This document shows positions 9,359-19,499 of a stretch of DNA of 45,841 bases, in pieces; position 1 is the first letter of the stretch, and the number at the start of each line of letters is the position of its first letter. The notes under the pieces are model-generated. The model was not told where the DNA came from. It saw only the letters and a list, made by a program, of their open reading frames with translations, and searched no databases. The position numbers were made by a program, and so were the translations under genes. This DNA comes from Kiritimatiellia bacterium. Lineage in GTDB: Bacteria > Verrucomicrobiota > Kiritimatiellia > RFP12 > UBA1067. The stretch covers positions 1 to 45,841 of the forward strand of contig JAGCFB010000032.1 in NCBI GenBank assembly GCA_017650345.1, in the 5' to 3' direction.

Positions 9359-10368
9359 AGCCGCTCGTCTCGCTTTGCCTGATGTGCTGCAACCAGGAGC
9401 GCTACATCGCGGACGCCCTTCGCGGCGCGTTCGCCCAGACCTACCGTCCGCTCGAGATAGTCGTCTCGGACGACGCGTCAACCGACCGTTCGTGGGAGAT
9501 CGTCGAGTCCGCCGTCGCGGAATACCGCCGCCGCCCGGACGCCGTCGGGGTCGTCGTTTCCCGGAACGCGCGCAACCTTGGCATCACCGGCAACTGGAGC
9601 CGGCTGTGTTCGCTTGCGAAGGGCGAACTGCTCGTGAAGGCGGACGGGGACGACGTGTCGCTTCCCGACCGCGTCGAGCGCATCGTGTCGGCATGGGAGG
9701 CGGACGGACGCCGCGCGACGCTCGTCTCCAGCGGCGGATGGATGATCGGTCCGCGCGGCGAGCGGCTGGGTCCGATGCCGCAGGCCAGCTCCCGCCACGC
9801 GACCGGCGCGGCGATGGCGTTTTCGCGCGTGGTGGCGGACGCGTACGGCGAGCCGGCGAATCCGCGCATAATCGACGACGAGACGTACGTCCGCCGCGCG
9901 CTGATGCTGGGTCCGGAGCTGGTCGTCCCCGACAGGCTGATCCTGTATCGGCTGGGCACGGGCTGCTCCAACTCGTTCTGGCGCGTGCGCGCGCCGCTCG
10001 TCCGCGCGCGCGGCGACCTCCTCGCCGCGCTGGAGCAGTCGCGGCGCGACCTGGAATGCGTCCGCGGGCGCATCGGCGCGGACGCCGCGCGCGGGTGGGA
10101 GCGCAGGCTGGAAGGGGAGTCGGAACGCTGCCGCGCGGAACTGGAGCTGTTCACCTCGCCGGCGTTCGGCGTCCGCCTTGCCGCGCTGCGCCGGCTTCCG
10201 CCTGTCCGCGCGCTCAGCGTATGGGGCTTCCTGCGCTTCGCTTTCCTCATGCCGCGTCCCGTCGGCGCGGCGCTCCTCGCCCCCTATGTCCTCCTCCGGC
10301 ACGCCGTCCGCCGCCTCCGCGGCATAGCCGACCCGCCAATCCCGCATTTTTGCTATAATATTGGGTGA
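9355..10368 (+). CDS. Glycosyltransferase family 2
   Basis: [40 protein letters not shown]; ATGA overlap with the upstream gene. Confidence 0.9.
   Translation: MKPLVSLCLMCCNQERYIADALRGAFAQTYRPLEIVVSDDASTDRSWEIVESAVAEYRRRPDAVGVVVSRNARNLGITGNWSRLCSLAKGELLVKADGDDVSLPDRVERIVSAWEADGRRATLVSSGGWMIGPRGERLGPMPQASSRHATGAAMAFSRVVADAYGEPANPRIIDDETYVRRALMLGPELVVPDRLILYRLGTGCSNSFWRVRAPLVRARGDLLAALEQSRRDLECVRGRIGADAARGWERRLEGESERCRAELELFTSPAFGVRLAALRRLPPVRALSVWGFLRFAFLMPRPVGAALLAPYVLLRHAVRRLRGIADPPIPHFCYNIG
10351..10359 (+). promoter_or_regulatory. Extended -10 promoter (TGCTATAAT) for folE
   Basis: Inside the 3' end of the GT2 gene; 5 nt before GTG 10365 and 8 nt before ATG 10368. Confidence 0.55.
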
Positions 10369-10940
10369 TGAAGAAGCAGAAGGAACCAGACCAGAAGAAG
10401 ATCGCCGATCTCGTCAGGCGGCTTCTCGTCGAGCTTGGCGAGGATCCGGGGCGCGAGGGGCTTGCGAAGACGCCGGAGCGCGTGGCGAAGTCGCTCACCT
10501 TCCTCACCCGCGGCTACCGCCAGAACCTGAGGTCCGTCGTCAACGGCGCGTACTTCACTAGCGGTACGAACCACATGGTGATCCTCAAGGACATCGAGCT
10601 CTACTCGATGTGCGAGCACCACATGCTTCCGTTCTACGGGAAGTGCGCGATCGGCTACATCTCGCGCGGGAAGGTCCTTGGCGTCTCCAAGCTCGCGAGG
10701 ATCGTCGATATGTTCGCGCGCAGGCTCCAGATACAGGAGCGGATGACCGAGGAGATCGCCAACGCGGTGATGGAGGAGTCCGGCGCGGAGGGCGTCGGCG
10801 TCGTCATAAGGGCGAAGCACCTCTGCATGATGATGCGCGGCGTGGAGAAGCAGAACTCCGAGATGACCACCTCCGCCGTGCTGGGCTCGTTCAGGTCGGA
10901 CGAGAAGGTCCGGCAGGAGTTCCTCTCCCTTATAGGCTGA
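10365..10940 (+). CDS. folE: GTP cyclohydrolase I
   Basis: [36 protein letters not shown] and HLCM.MRGV motifs. Confidence 0.97.
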   Translation: MMKKQKEPDQKKIADLVRRLLVELGEDPGREGLAKTPERVAKSLTFLTRGYRQNLRSVVNGAYFTSGTNHMVILKDIELYSMCEHHMLPFYGKCAIGYISRGKVLGVSKLARIVDMFARRLQIQERMTEEIANAVMEESGAEGVGVVIRAKHLCMMMRGVEKQNSEMTTSAVLGSFRSDEKVRQEFLSLIG

Positions 10941-10944
10941 CGCC

Positions 10945-11310
10945 ATGGAAAGGATAATCGGCATATTCCTCGCGGGCGGACCGGTCATGTGGCCGATCCT
11001 TGGACTTTCCGTGCTCGGACTCGCGATACTGATCTGGAAGGCGTCCGAGTTCCGCCGCGGACGCCGTAGCGCGAAGGGTCTCGTCGTCGTATCGACCATA
11101 ATAACCGCGGAGCCGATGCTCGGGATCCTCGGCACGGTGACGGGCATAATGCAGACGTTCGGCGCGCTGAACGGCGCGGACGGGGCGGCGAACCCGCTTG
11201 CGGCGACGGCGGGCATCGGCGAGGCGCTCGTGACGACGGCGGCGGGGCTCATAGCCTCGCTCCTGCTGCTCTTCCCGTACAACATCCTGGACGGCATGGC
11301 GGAGGAGTGA
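10945..11310 (+). CDS. Minimal MotA/TolQ/ExbB proton channel family protein
   Basis: GG.VMWPIL, PMLGILGTVTGIMQTF and GIGEALVTTAAGL motifs. Confidence 0.8.
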   Translation: MERIIGIFLAGGPVMWPILGLSVLGLAILIWKASEFRRGRRSAKGLVVVSTIITAEPMLGILGTVTGIMQTFGALNGADGAANPLAATAGIGEALVTTAAGLIASLLLLFPYNILDGMAEE

Positions 11311-11318
11311 GTCCGCAT

Positions 11319-11348
11319 TTGACTACCGACGATATCTTTTAGTATAAT
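11319..11348 (+). promoter_or_regulatory. Sigma70-type promoter for tdh-kbl
   Basis: TTGACT-N18-TATAAT. Confidence 0.7.
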
Positions 11349-11382
11349 CATAAACGCATTACAAAACGGAGAAAAACAAAAG

Positions 11383-12408
11383 ATGAAGGCAATCGCTAAG
11401 GTGGGCCCGCAGAAGGGCGTGGAGCTTGTCGAGAAGCCGATGCCCGAGCTGGGCATCAACGACGTTCTCATCAAGATCAAGAAGACCGCGATCTGCGGAA
11501 CGGACGTCCACATCTACGAGTGGAACTCCTGGGCGCAGGAGGAGATAAAGCCGCCGCTCACCATCGGGCACGAGTACGTCGGCGAGGTCGTCGAGGTCGG
11601 CTCCAACGTGAAGAGCGTGAAGGTCGGCGAGCGCGTCAGCGGCGAGGGCCACATCGTTTGCGGACACTGCCGCAACTGCCGCGCCGGGCAGCGCCACCTC
11701 TGCCGCGAGACGCGCGGCGTGGGCGTCAACCGCGACGGCGCCTTCGCGGAGTACCTCTGCATCCCCGAGACGAACGTCTGGCACTGCGACCCGTCCATCG
11801 ACGACGAGCTCTACGCGATCTTCGATCCGTTCGGCAACGCGACGCACACGGCGCTCTCCTTCAACATGGTCGGCGAGGACGTCCTCATCACCGGCGCGGG
11901 CCCGATCGGCATCATGGCCGCCGGAATCTCCAAGTTCGTCGGCGCGCGCAATGTCGTGGTCGTTGACGTTAACGACTACCGCCTCAATCTCGCCAAGCGC
12001 CTCGGCGCGACGCGCACGGTCAATGCGAAAAACGAGAAGCTCGAGGACGTCATGAAGGACCTCGGCATGGTCGAGGGCTTCGACGTGGGTCTCGAGATGT
12101 CCGGCGCAGCGCCCTGCCTCCACCAGATGATCGAGACGATGAACACCGGCGGACGCATCGCGCTCCTCGGCATCCACGGACCCGACACGAAGGTCAACTG
12201 GAACCACATCGTCTGGAAGGGCCTCAAGATCAAGGGCATCTACGGACGCGAGATGTTCGAGACGTGGTACAAGATGGGCGCCATGATCCAGGGCGGACTC
12301 GACATCAGCCCGGTCATCACCCACCGCTTCAAGTACACGGACTTCGAGAAGGGCTTCGAGGCCATGATCTCCGGCAAGTCCGGCAAGGTCATCCTCGACT
12401 GGGAGTGA
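11383..12408 (+). CDS. tdh: L-threonine 3-dehydrogenase
   Basis: [15 protein letters not shown]...HLC Zn sites, GAGPIG and GREMFETWY motifs. Confidence 0.97.
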   Translation: MKAIAKVGPQKGVELVEKPMPELGINDVLIKIKKTAICGTDVHIYEWNSWAQEEIKPPLTIGHEYVGEVVEVGSNVKSVKVGERVSGEGHIVCGHCRNCRAGQRHLCRETRGVGVNRDGAFAEYLCIPETNVWHCDPSIDDELYAIFDPFGNATHTALSFNMVGEDVLITGAGPIGIMAAGISKFVGARNVVVVDVNDYRLNLAKRLGATRTVNAKNEKLEDVMKDLGMVEGFDVGLEMSGAAPCLHQMIETMNTGGRIALLGIHGPDTKVNWNHIVWKGLKIKGIYGREMFETWYKMGAMIQGGLDISPVITHRFKYTDFEKGFEAMISGKSGKVILDWE

Positions 12409-12460
12409 CGCTCCCCGGGCAACCGCATAGGCAACATCAAACAGACGAAAGGCCACTAAA

Positions 12461-13636
12461 ATGTACGGAAAGTTCCAGGCGTACCTCCAGGAGACGATCG
12501 CCGACCTCAAGGCCAAGAGCCTCTACAAGCAGGAGAAGATCATCGCCACCCCGCAGGGCTCGACGGTCCTCCTCGACAACGGCACGAAGCTCATCAACAT
12601 GTGCGCGAACAACTACCTCGGTCTCGCCAACCACCCCGAGATCATTGAGGCTTCGCGCGAGGCGACCGCCAAGTACGGCTACGGCATGGGATCCGTCCGC
12701 TTCATCTGCGGAACGGACACGCTCCACAAGAAGCTCGAGAGGACGCTCGCCGAGTTCACGAAGATGGACGACTGCATCCTCTTCGGCAGCTGCTTCGACG
12801 CCAACGGCGGCGTGTTCGAGGCGCTCCTCTCCAAGGAGGACGCGATCATCTCCGACGCGCTCAACCACGCCTCGATCATCGACGGCGTCCGCCTCTGCAA
12901 GGCGCAGCGCTTCCGCTACGCGAACGGGGACATGGCGGACCTCGAGAGGCAGCTCCAGGCCGCGGACGAGGCCGGCGCGCGCTTCAAGCTGATCGCGACG
13001 GACGGCGTGTTCTCGATGGACGGCATCATCGCCCCGCTGAAGGAGATCTGCGACCTCGCGGACAAGTACGGCGCGCTCGTCCTCGTTGACGACTCGCACG
13101 CCGTCGGCGTCCTCGGCGAGACCGGAGCCGGATCCGTGGAGGACGCCGGCTGCCTCGGTCGCGTCGATATCATCACCGGCACCTTCGGCAAGGCCCTCGG
13201 CGGCGCTTCGGGCGGCTACATCGCGGCCCGCCAGGAGATCGTTGACATCCTCCGCCAGAAGGCTCGCCCCTACCTCTTCTCGAACGCCGTCCCGCCGCCG
13301 GTCGCGGCCGCCTCCATCAAGGCGATCGAGCTCGTCCGCACCAACCCGAGCCTCCGCGCACAGCTCAACGCCAACGCGAAGCAGTTCCGCGAGGGCATGA
13401 CGAAGCTCGGCTTCGACCTCATCCCCGGACACCACCCGATCGTCCCGGTCATGCTCGGCGACGCGGCCGTGGCGGTCAAGATGAGCGAGAACCTCTACAG
13501 GAACGGCGTCTATGCGACGGCGTTCTTCTACCCCGTCGTCCCGCAGGGCAAGGCGCGCATCCGCACGCAGATGTCCGCGGGCCACACGGCCGAGGAGATC
13601 GACTTCGCGATCAACGCGTTCGCGAAGAGCCGCTGA
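12461..13636 (+). CDS. kbl: Glycine C-acetyltransferase (2-amino-3-ketobutyrate CoA ligase)
   Basis: [33 protein letters not shown] and [10 protein letters not shown] motifs; adjacent to tdh. Confidence 0.97.
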   Translation: MYGKFQAYLQETIADLKAKSLYKQEKIIATPQGSTVLLDNGTKLINMCANNYLGLANHPEIIEASREATAKYGYGMGSVRFICGTDTLHKKLERTLAEFTKMDDCILFGSCFDANGGVFEALLSKEDAIISDALNHASIIDGVRLCKAQRFRYANGDMADLERQLQAADEAGARFKLIATDGVFSMDGIIAPLKEICDLADKYGALVLVDDSHAVGVLGETGAGSVEDAGCLGRVDIITGTFGKALGGASGGYIAARQEIVDILRQKARPYLFSNAVPPPVAAASIKAIELVRTNPSLRAQLNANAKQFREGMTKLGFDLIPGHHPIVPVMLGDAAVAVKMSENLYRNGVYATAFFYPVVPQGKARIRTQMSAGHTAEEIDFAINAFAKSR

Positions 13637-13662
13637 GCGATGTGGCGCGCCGCGCCGCATTT

Positions 13663-13671
13663 TGGTATAAT
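13663..13671 (+). promoter_or_regulatory. Extended -10 promoter (TGGTATAAT)
   Basis: Followed by an A/C-rich leader and GAGGAGG Shine-Dalgarno before ATG 13700. Confidence 0.65.
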
Positions 13672-13699
13672 TTAACCAAACAACAACGAGGAGGCATTC

Positions 13700-14311
13700 A
13701 TGAGAGATTTGTTTGTAGTCGGAGCCGGCGGATTCGGACGCGAGGCGATCTGGACCGTCGAACGCATCAACGCGGCCTCGCCCGAGCCCCAGTGGAACAT
13801 CATCGGCTACGCCGACGACGATCCGAAGTGGAAGAAGGGCGACAACTTCGAGGGCTATCCGATCCTCGGAACGGTCGAGGAGGCTTCCCGCGACAACCCC
13901 GGAGCGTCCGTCTTCGTCGCGATCGGCAACAACGTCAAGCGCGCCGACCTCTACAGGCGCCTCAGGGGACACGACTTCCCCGCGATCATCGACCCGACCT
14001 CCCACATCTCGCCCACGACGGACTTCAGGCACGGCACGTTCATCGCCGCCGGCGCCGTGATCCAGGTCGGGTCCGAGCTCGGCAAGTTCACCCTCATCGG
14101 CTCCAACTGCGTGGTCGGCCACGACGCCGTCGTCGGCGACTTCGTGAACGTCGGACCCGGGACGGTCGTCGCGGGCGGCGTGAAGGTCGGCAACTCCGTC
14201 TCCTTCTTCCCGAATTCCGCGACCATGCCGTGGATCACCATCGGCGAGGGCGCCAAGATCAACTGCGGCGCCCGCGTGATGGAGGACGTCCCGGCCGGCG
14301 GAGAGATCTGA
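13700..14311 (+). CDS. NeuD/PglD-family sugar acetyltransferase (hexapeptide repeats)
   Basis: GAGGFGRE, VAIGNN..R, VGHDAVVGD and left-handed beta-helix repeats. Confidence 0.85.
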   Translation: MRDLFVVGAGGFGREAIWTVERINAASPEPQWNIIGYADDDPKWKKGDNFEGYPILGTVEEASRDNPGASVFVAIGNNVKRADLYRRLRGHDFPAIIDPTSHISPTTDFRHGTFIAAGAVIQVGSELGKFTLIGSNCVVGHDAVVGDFVNVGPGTVVAGGVKVGNSVSFFPNSATMPWITIGEGAKINCGARVMEDVPAGGEI

Positions 14312-14315
14312 CGCG

Positions 14316-15599
14316 TTGAAGTTCGCGATATACAACGTACTGTTCGCCCTCGCGTTTCCGTTCATGCTCCCGGGGTTCCTCCTCAGGATGCTGCGGCGCG
14401 GGGGCTATGCCGCTCGGATGGGCGACCGCTTCGCGCTGTATCCGAGGTCCGTCGCGGAGGCGCTCCGCGCGGACCAGCCCGGCTCCCGCGTCTGGGTCCA
14501 CGCCGTCTCCGTCGGCGAGGTCCAGGTCGCGGGCCAGCTCATGCGCGAATGGCGCAGGGCCGAGCCCGGGGTCCGCTTCCTCTTCTCCACGACCAGCTCC
14601 ACCGGATGGAAGATGGCCGAGCGCGAGGTCGCCGAGGGCGACATCCTCATCTACAACCCGCTCGACTTCCCCAACTTCGTCAAGAGCGCTCTCCTCACGG
14701 TGCGTCCGCGCGCCGTGGTCCTCACCGAGAGCGAGATCTGGCCCGTCTTCATACGCACCGCCCGCCGGATGGGCGTTCCGCTCTTCCTCATAAACGCGCG
14801 CGTGAGCGACCGCAGCGCGCCGCGCTACGCCAAGGCCAGGTGGTTCTTCAAGGACGTCTTCGGATGCTTCGCGCGCATCTTCGCGCAGAGCGAGATGGAC
14901 CGCGACAGGCTTCTCGCGGCTGGCGCGCCGGAAAGCCGCGTCACCGTCACCGGCAGCTTCAAGTTCGACGTCGCCCGCCGCAACGAGGCCAAGGAGCGCG
15001 AGCTGCGCGAATGGGCCGGCGAGGGTCGCATCCTCCTCGGCGGCTCTACCTGGCCCGGCGAGGACGAGGTGATGCTCCGCATCGCCGCGCAGCTCAGGGA
15101 GGAGCTCGGCGCCGCCGCGCCCAGGCTCGTGATCGCTCCGCGCCACTTCGAGAAGGCGGACGCCGTGGAGGCGAACGTCAGGAAGGCCGGCTTCCGCTGC
15201 GTGCGCCGCTCGCGCGGCGAAAAGGCGTCCGGCGCGGCGGACGAGGTGCTGCTCGCGGACACGACGGGCGAGCTTATGGGGCTCTACGGGATAGCGGACG
15301 CCGTGTTCGTCGGAAAGTCCCTCTGCGAGCACGGAAGCCAGAACATGATCGAACCGTGCCTCTGCGGCAAGCCCACGGCGGTCGGACCCAACACGGAGAA
15401 CTTCCGCCCCGTCATGAGCGACCTCATGGAGGGCGGCGGCATAGTGCAGGTCGCGGACGAGGCCGACCTGGCGCGGACGGTCCTCGGCTGGTTCAGGGAC
15501 GGCGACGGCGGACTCGGCGAACGCGCCCGCGCGGCCGTCGAGCGCAGGCGCGGAGTCGTCCCTGCGTGCGTCAGCGCGATCAGAGAGGTGCTTTCATGA
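14316..15599 (+). CDS. waaA: Kdo transferase
   Basis: WVHAVSVGEV, ESEIWP, NARVSDRS, GS.KFD, APRH.E, DTTGEL and N.IEP motifs; TTG start. Confidence 0.93.
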   Translation: MKFAIYNVLFALAFPFMLPGFLLRMLRRGGYAARMGDRFALYPRSVAEALRADQPGSRVWVHAVSVGEVQVAGQLMREWRRAEPGVRFLFSTTSSTGWKMAEREVAEGDILIYNPLDFPNFVKSALLTVRPRAVVLTESEIWPVFIRTARRMGVPLFLINARVSDRSAPRYAKARWFFKDVFGCFARIFAQSEMDRDRLLAAGAPESRVTVTGSFKFDVARRNEAKERELREWAGEGRILLGGSTWPGEDEVMLRIAAQLREELGAAAPRLVIAPRHFEKADAVEANVRKAGFRCVRRSRGEKASGAADEVLLADTTGELMGLYGIADAVFVGKSLCEHGSQNMIEPCLCGKPTAVGPNTENFRPVMSDLMEGGGIVQVADEADLARTVLGWFRDGDGGLGERARAAVERRRGVVPACVSAIREVLS

Positions 15600-16702
15600 G
15601 GCTTGGTTGGTTCAGGTCCATGCTCGCCGCAGTTGTCGCGGTCGCGGCGCTGATGGCGGCGGACGGGATGTGGACCGCGCTGGACAGGCTGCGGCGCAGG
15701 CTTTCCTTCGGAACGGCAGTCGAATACCGCTACGCCGCCCTCGACGTCCTCGCCGCTCACACCGTCCTCATGGAGCGCCCCGACTCCAGGTCCGCGCTCG
15801 TCGTAGGTCCCGGGTCCGCCCCCGTCGCGGAGAGCCTTTCCATCGTCGGGCTCTCCTGCTCGACGAACGGCGTCGTGGATGCGAGGTACGGACTCGTCAT
15901 CGCGTGCGGAAGGCGCAGGCCGGACTGGCGCACGCTGGTCGATCGCGCGCTTCCCGACGGCGCGGTCGCGTGGTTCTTCAACGTCCGCGACATGTCCGCC
16001 CGCGAGCTTCGCGACGGAATGAAGGCGTTCCCCGGCGAGGAGGCGCGCCTGTGGATGGTGGGGGAGGACGACTGGCTGCTCACGGGAAGGCTGGAGCCGT
16101 GTCTCCTGAAGCTCGACAAGATGCTGGAGATGTTCCTCTCAGACGGCGCCATCGAGGAGCTCGTCAAGTCCGGCTGCGACTCCCTGCCCGAGCTTTTCGC
16201 CTCGTACGCGGGCGCGCGCTCGGACATAACGCCCGCCTTCGAGTCCGGCGACCTCTCCGCGAAGGTGCGCCCCGAGTTCTTCCTCTCCAAGGAGATCCCG
16301 GCGATCACGTGGATCGACAAGGGCGCGGCTGAGGACGACATATACAAGGACGTCATGCAGGAGATCCGCAGCATGCAGGTCGTGAGGCGCGTCGTCGTGG
16401 AGGGCAACATGCTCTCCCGCGCCGGCAAGGTCGAGGAGTCCATCGACAAGTGGGCGTCCGCGATGCTCCGCAACCCGCACGACAGCATGCTCCTGGACCG
16501 CCTCTACCGCCTCGCCGTGAACGCGTCCGCCTTCGAGAAGATCGGCAACATACCGGGCGCGGCGAAATGCTACGAGACGATGGTCGCGGTGCGTCCGAAG
16601 GACATCGCCGCGCTGGAGCACTACGCGGAATGCCTCCGACGGCTCGGCAACAAGGAGATCGCCGAGGCGATAGACAGGCGCGCGATGGAGCTCCGCAGAT
16701 GA
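15596..16702 (+). CDS. Membrane-anchored hypothetical protein: degenerate SAM/spermidine-synthase-like fold plus C-terminal TPR-like helices
   Basis: N-terminal hydrophobic segment; ALVVGPGS, YGLVIA and LPDGAV resemble a Rossmann methyltransferase; C-terminal A.KCYE..V.VRP.D..AL..YA.CL..LG. ATGA overlaps at both ends. Confidence 0.5.
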   Translation: MRLGWFRSMLAAVVAVAALMAADGMWTALDRLRRRLSFGTAVEYRYAALDVLAAHTVLMERPDSRSALVVGPGSAPVAESLSIVGLSCSTNGVVDARYGLVIACGRRRPDWRTLVDRALPDGAVAWFFNVRDMSARELRDGMKAFPGEEARLWMVGEDDWLLTGRLEPCLLKLDKMLEMFLSDGAIEELVKSGCDSLPELFASYAGARSDITPAFESGDLSAKVRPEFFLSKEIPAITWIDKGAAEDDIYKDVMQEIRSMQVVRRVVVEGNMLSRAGKVEESIDKWASAMLRNPHDSMLLDRLYRLAVNASAFEKIGNIPGAAKCYETMVAVRPKDIAALEHYAECLRRLGNKEIAEAIDRRAMELRR

Positions 16703-17787
16703 GCGTCCGCCTGACGAGCCTCTTCACGGCGTCCGCCCTCGGCGTCGGGAACGACGCGTCGCTCGCCTCCTGCCTGGCGGGCGAGGCCCCCGGCATGCGC
16801 GAGATCGAAGGCGACATTCCCGGTCGCCGCATATGGTTCGGATGCGTCCCCGGCGAGCTTCCCGAAGTCAGAGAGCCGCGCTGGAACATGCGGACGAACA
16901 GGCTCGTCCAGCTCGCGCTAGACTCGGAGGGCGCGTTCGCGGACCTCGTGCGCCGCTACGGCGCGGACCGCGTGGGCGTCGTCCTCGGCTCGAGCAACAC
17001 GGGGATCGACGAGGCGCAGGGCTGCATCGACAGGTGGCTTTCGTCCGGAGGGGGCGTCCCTCCGGCGGACTTCGACTTCTCCATGATAGAGCTCGGCACG
17101 CCGTCCCTCTTCCTGCGCGAGCGCATCGGCGCGAAGGGTCCGGCCTACACCGTTTCCACGGCGTGTTCGAGCGCGACGAAGGCGTTCGGGTCCGCCCGCC
17201 GCCTCATCGAGCGCGGCGTCTGCGACGCCGTGGTGACGGGCGGGGTGGACGGACGCTGCCGGTTCGCGATGAACGGCTTCCACGCGCTCGGCGCGCTGAG
17301 CGAGGGCAGGTGCCGTCCGCTCGCGGACGACCGAGACGGGATCAACCTCGGAGAGGGCGTGGCGCTCTTTGCGATGGAGCGCGCGGACGCGGCGGACGGC
17401 GCGGGGGTCGCGCTCCTGGGCGTCGGCGAGACGTCCGACGCCTACCACGCGACTGCGCCGGACCCGGAGGGGCGCGGAGCCGAGGCGTCCATGCGCGCCG
17501 CGCTGGCGGACGCCGGGCTTGGTCCGCAGGACATAGACTACGTGAACCTCCACGGAACGGGGACGCAGGCGAACGACGCGATGGAGATGAAGGCGCTCCG
17601 CCGCGTGTTCGGGGAGGACCTGCCGCGCCACGAGAGCACCAAGCGGCTCACGGGGCACTGCCTCGGAGCGGCGGGCGCGGTGGAGGCGGCGGTGTGCGCG
17701 CTTCTTCTGCGCGCCGGACGCGTCCGCGCCGCGCTCAGCAACAGCTTCGCCTTCGGAGGATCCAACGCAAGCGTCGTGCTTGCCTGA
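16699..17787 (+). CDS. Beta-ketoacyl-ACP synthase (FabF-like, aryl-polyene ApeO-type)
   Basis: STACSS (catalytic Cys), NLHGTGT, KRLTGHCLGAAG and SNSFAFGGSN motifs. Confidence 0.88.
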   Translation: MSVRLTSLFTASALGVGNDASLASCLAGEAPGMREIEGDIPGRRIWFGCVPGELPEVREPRWNMRTNRLVQLALDSEGAFADLVRRYGADRVGVVLGSSNTGIDEAQGCIDRWLSSGGGVPPADFDFSMIELGTPSLFLRERIGAKGPAYTVSTACSSATKAFGSARRLIERGVCDAVVTGGVDGRCRFAMNGFHALGALSEGRCRPLADDRDGINLGEGVALFAMERADAADGAGVALLGVGETSDAYHATAPDPEGRGAEASMRAALADAGLGPQDIDYVNLHGTGTQANDAMEMKALRRVFGEDLPRHESTKRLTGHCLGAAGAVEAAVCALLLRAGRVRAALSNSFAFGGSNASVVLA

Positions 17788-17791
17788 CGGC

Positions 17792-18247
17792 ATGAAGAAC
17801 GCACTCGAGCTTCCGATGTCCGCGGAGAGCCTGATTCCGCACCGCGCGCCGATGGTCCTCATCGACGAGGTGGTCGCCTTCGACGCTGCCGCCTGCACGC
17901 TCTCCGCCGAGTTCGCCGCGCGCCGGGAGTGGAGCGAGAGCTGGGCGGCGATAGAGTACATGGCGCAGGCGTCCGCCGCGCTCGCGGGGGCGATGGACAT
18001 CGCCGAGGGGCGCGAGGGCGGACCGCGTCCGGGCTTCCTGCTCGGGACGCGCAGGCTGGAGCTGGACCTTCCGCGCTTCGAGCCAGGGAGGCGCTACACG
18101 GTCAACGTGACTCGGACCTTCGACGACACGGAGTCGGCCAGCTTCGACTGCGAGATAGCGGACGGGGACGCCGTCGTCGCGCGCGCAACGCTCAACGCCT
18201 ACCGTCCGCCGGACGCGTCCGCATTCCTCGATTCGAGCCGGAAGTGA
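17792..18247 (+). CDS. Hotdog-fold 3-hydroxyacyl-ACP dehydratase-like protein (ApeP-like)
   Basis: LIPHRAPMVLIDEV, IEYMAQA.AA and GFLLGTRRL motifs; start could be TTG 17780 or ATG 17792. Confidence 0.82.
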   Translation: MKNALELPMSAESLIPHRAPMVLIDEVVAFDAAACTLSAEFAARREWSESWAAIEYMAQASAALAGAMDIAEGREGGPRPGFLLGTRRLELDLPRFEPGRRYTVNVTRTFDDTESASFDCEIADGDAVVARATLNAYRPPDASAFLDSSRK

Positions 18248-18309
18248 CGCGGAAGGTCGCCGGAAATCGCACATCGGCGCATCTTGCCCCGTTTTGGGAT
18301 ATTGATATT

Positions 18310-18318
18310 TGATATAAT
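18310..18318 (+). promoter_or_regulatory. Extended -10 promoter (TGATATAAT) for lpxK
   Basis: AT-rich island; 8 nt before GTG 18327. Confidence 0.55.
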
Positions 18319-18326
18319 ATCCGTTT

Positions 18327-19499
18327 GTGAGAAAAGCGAGACAGAGCGGGATGGAGCGGCTGGAGAACCGGCTTGTGCAGCTCATCCAGGAAAAGGGCGC
18401 GGACGAAAACCAGTCCGGCGGCGTCCGTTTCCTGCTTGGCTTCCTCAAGTGCCTCAGCTTCGTATTCTCCGCCGTCGTCGCGTTCCGCTACTTCCTTTAC
18501 AGGTCCGGCTTCCTGCGGCGCCATCCGCTCGGCATCCAGGTGATCTCCATCGGCAACGTGACGGCTGGCGGCACGGGAAAGACGCCCGTTACGGAGATAT
18601 TCGCGCGCACGCTCGCCGCGGAGGGGCGCAAGGTGGCGATCCTCTCGCGCGGCTACCGCCGCAAGGAGGCGCCGTGGTGGCAGAGGATGTTCACTCAGGT
18701 CATCGACCCGCCGCTCGTCGTGTCGGACGGGAAGCGCGTCCTCCTCGACTCCGCCACGGGCGGCGACGAGCCGTACATGCTCGCTTCGAACCTTCCGGGA
18801 GTGGCGGTCGTCGTCGATCGCGACCGCGTGAAGGCGGGGCGGTACGCGATCAAGCGGCTCGGGTGCGACACGATCATCCTCGACGACGGGTTCCAGTACC
18901 AGAAGCTGAAGCACTCCGTCGAGGTCGTCCTCGTAGATGCGACGAACCCGTTCGGCAACGGCAACATGCTTCCGCGCGGCGTCCTGCGCGAGCCGGCGCG
19001 GCACCTGAAGCGGGCGGACATCATATTCCTCACCAAGTGCCGCGGCGACACTGCGTCCGTCAAGGAGGAGATAAGGAAGTACAACGCCAAGGCGGAGATC
19101 GTCGAGTGCACGCACGCGCCGAAGGTGCTGAAGGACGTCTGGAGCCGTGAGGAGTTTCCGCTGGACTGGCTTTCGGGGAAGACGCTCTGCACGCTTTCGG
19201 GGATCGCCTCGCCTAAGGGGTTCGAGAACTCGCTGCGCCATCTCGGCGCGAAGGTCGTCTGGTGCGAGCGGTATGCGGACCACCACCGCTACGACTCCAG
19301 CGAGGTCCTCTACGCGCTGAACAGGACGGCGGACATGGGCGCGGACGCGCTCGTCACGACGGAGAAGGACGCCGTGCGCTTCCCGCGCTTCGAGACGGCG
19401 CCGGTGAAGTGCCTCTACCTCAGGATAGCGATCGAGATCCTGAAGGGCGGGGAGAGCTTCCGCGAGATCATCAACCGCATCTGCTTCAAGCCGACATGA
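18327..19499 (+). CDS. lpxK: Tetraacyldisaccharide (lipid A) 4'-kinase
   Basis: VISIGNVTAGGTGKTP, LSRGY, GDEP, LDDGFQ, LPRG.LREP, DHH.Y and TTEKDAV motifs. Confidence 0.95.
   Translation: MRKARQSGMERLENRLVQLIQEKGADENQSGGVRFLLGFLKCLSFVFSAVVAFRYFLYRSGFLRRHPLGIQVISIGNVTAGGTGKTPVTEIFARTLAAEGRKVAILSRGYRRKEAPWWQRMFTQVIDPPLVVSDGKRVLLDSATGGDEPYMLASNLPGVAVVVDRDRVKAGRYAIKRLGCDTIILDDGFQYQKLKHSVEVVLVDATNPFGNGNMLPRGVLREPARHLKRADIIFLTKCRGDTASVKEEIRKYNAKAEIVECTHAPKVLKDVWSREEFPLDWLSGKTLCTLSGIASPKGFENSLRHLGAKVVWCERYADHHRYDSSEVLYALNRTADMGADALVTTEKDAVRFPRFETAPVKCLYLRIAIEILKGGESFREIINRICFKPT

Noticed and set aside
13641-13660. Sigma-54 (-24/-12) promoter near TGGCGC
   Set aside because: No TTGC at the required spacing; an extended -10 box explains the site.
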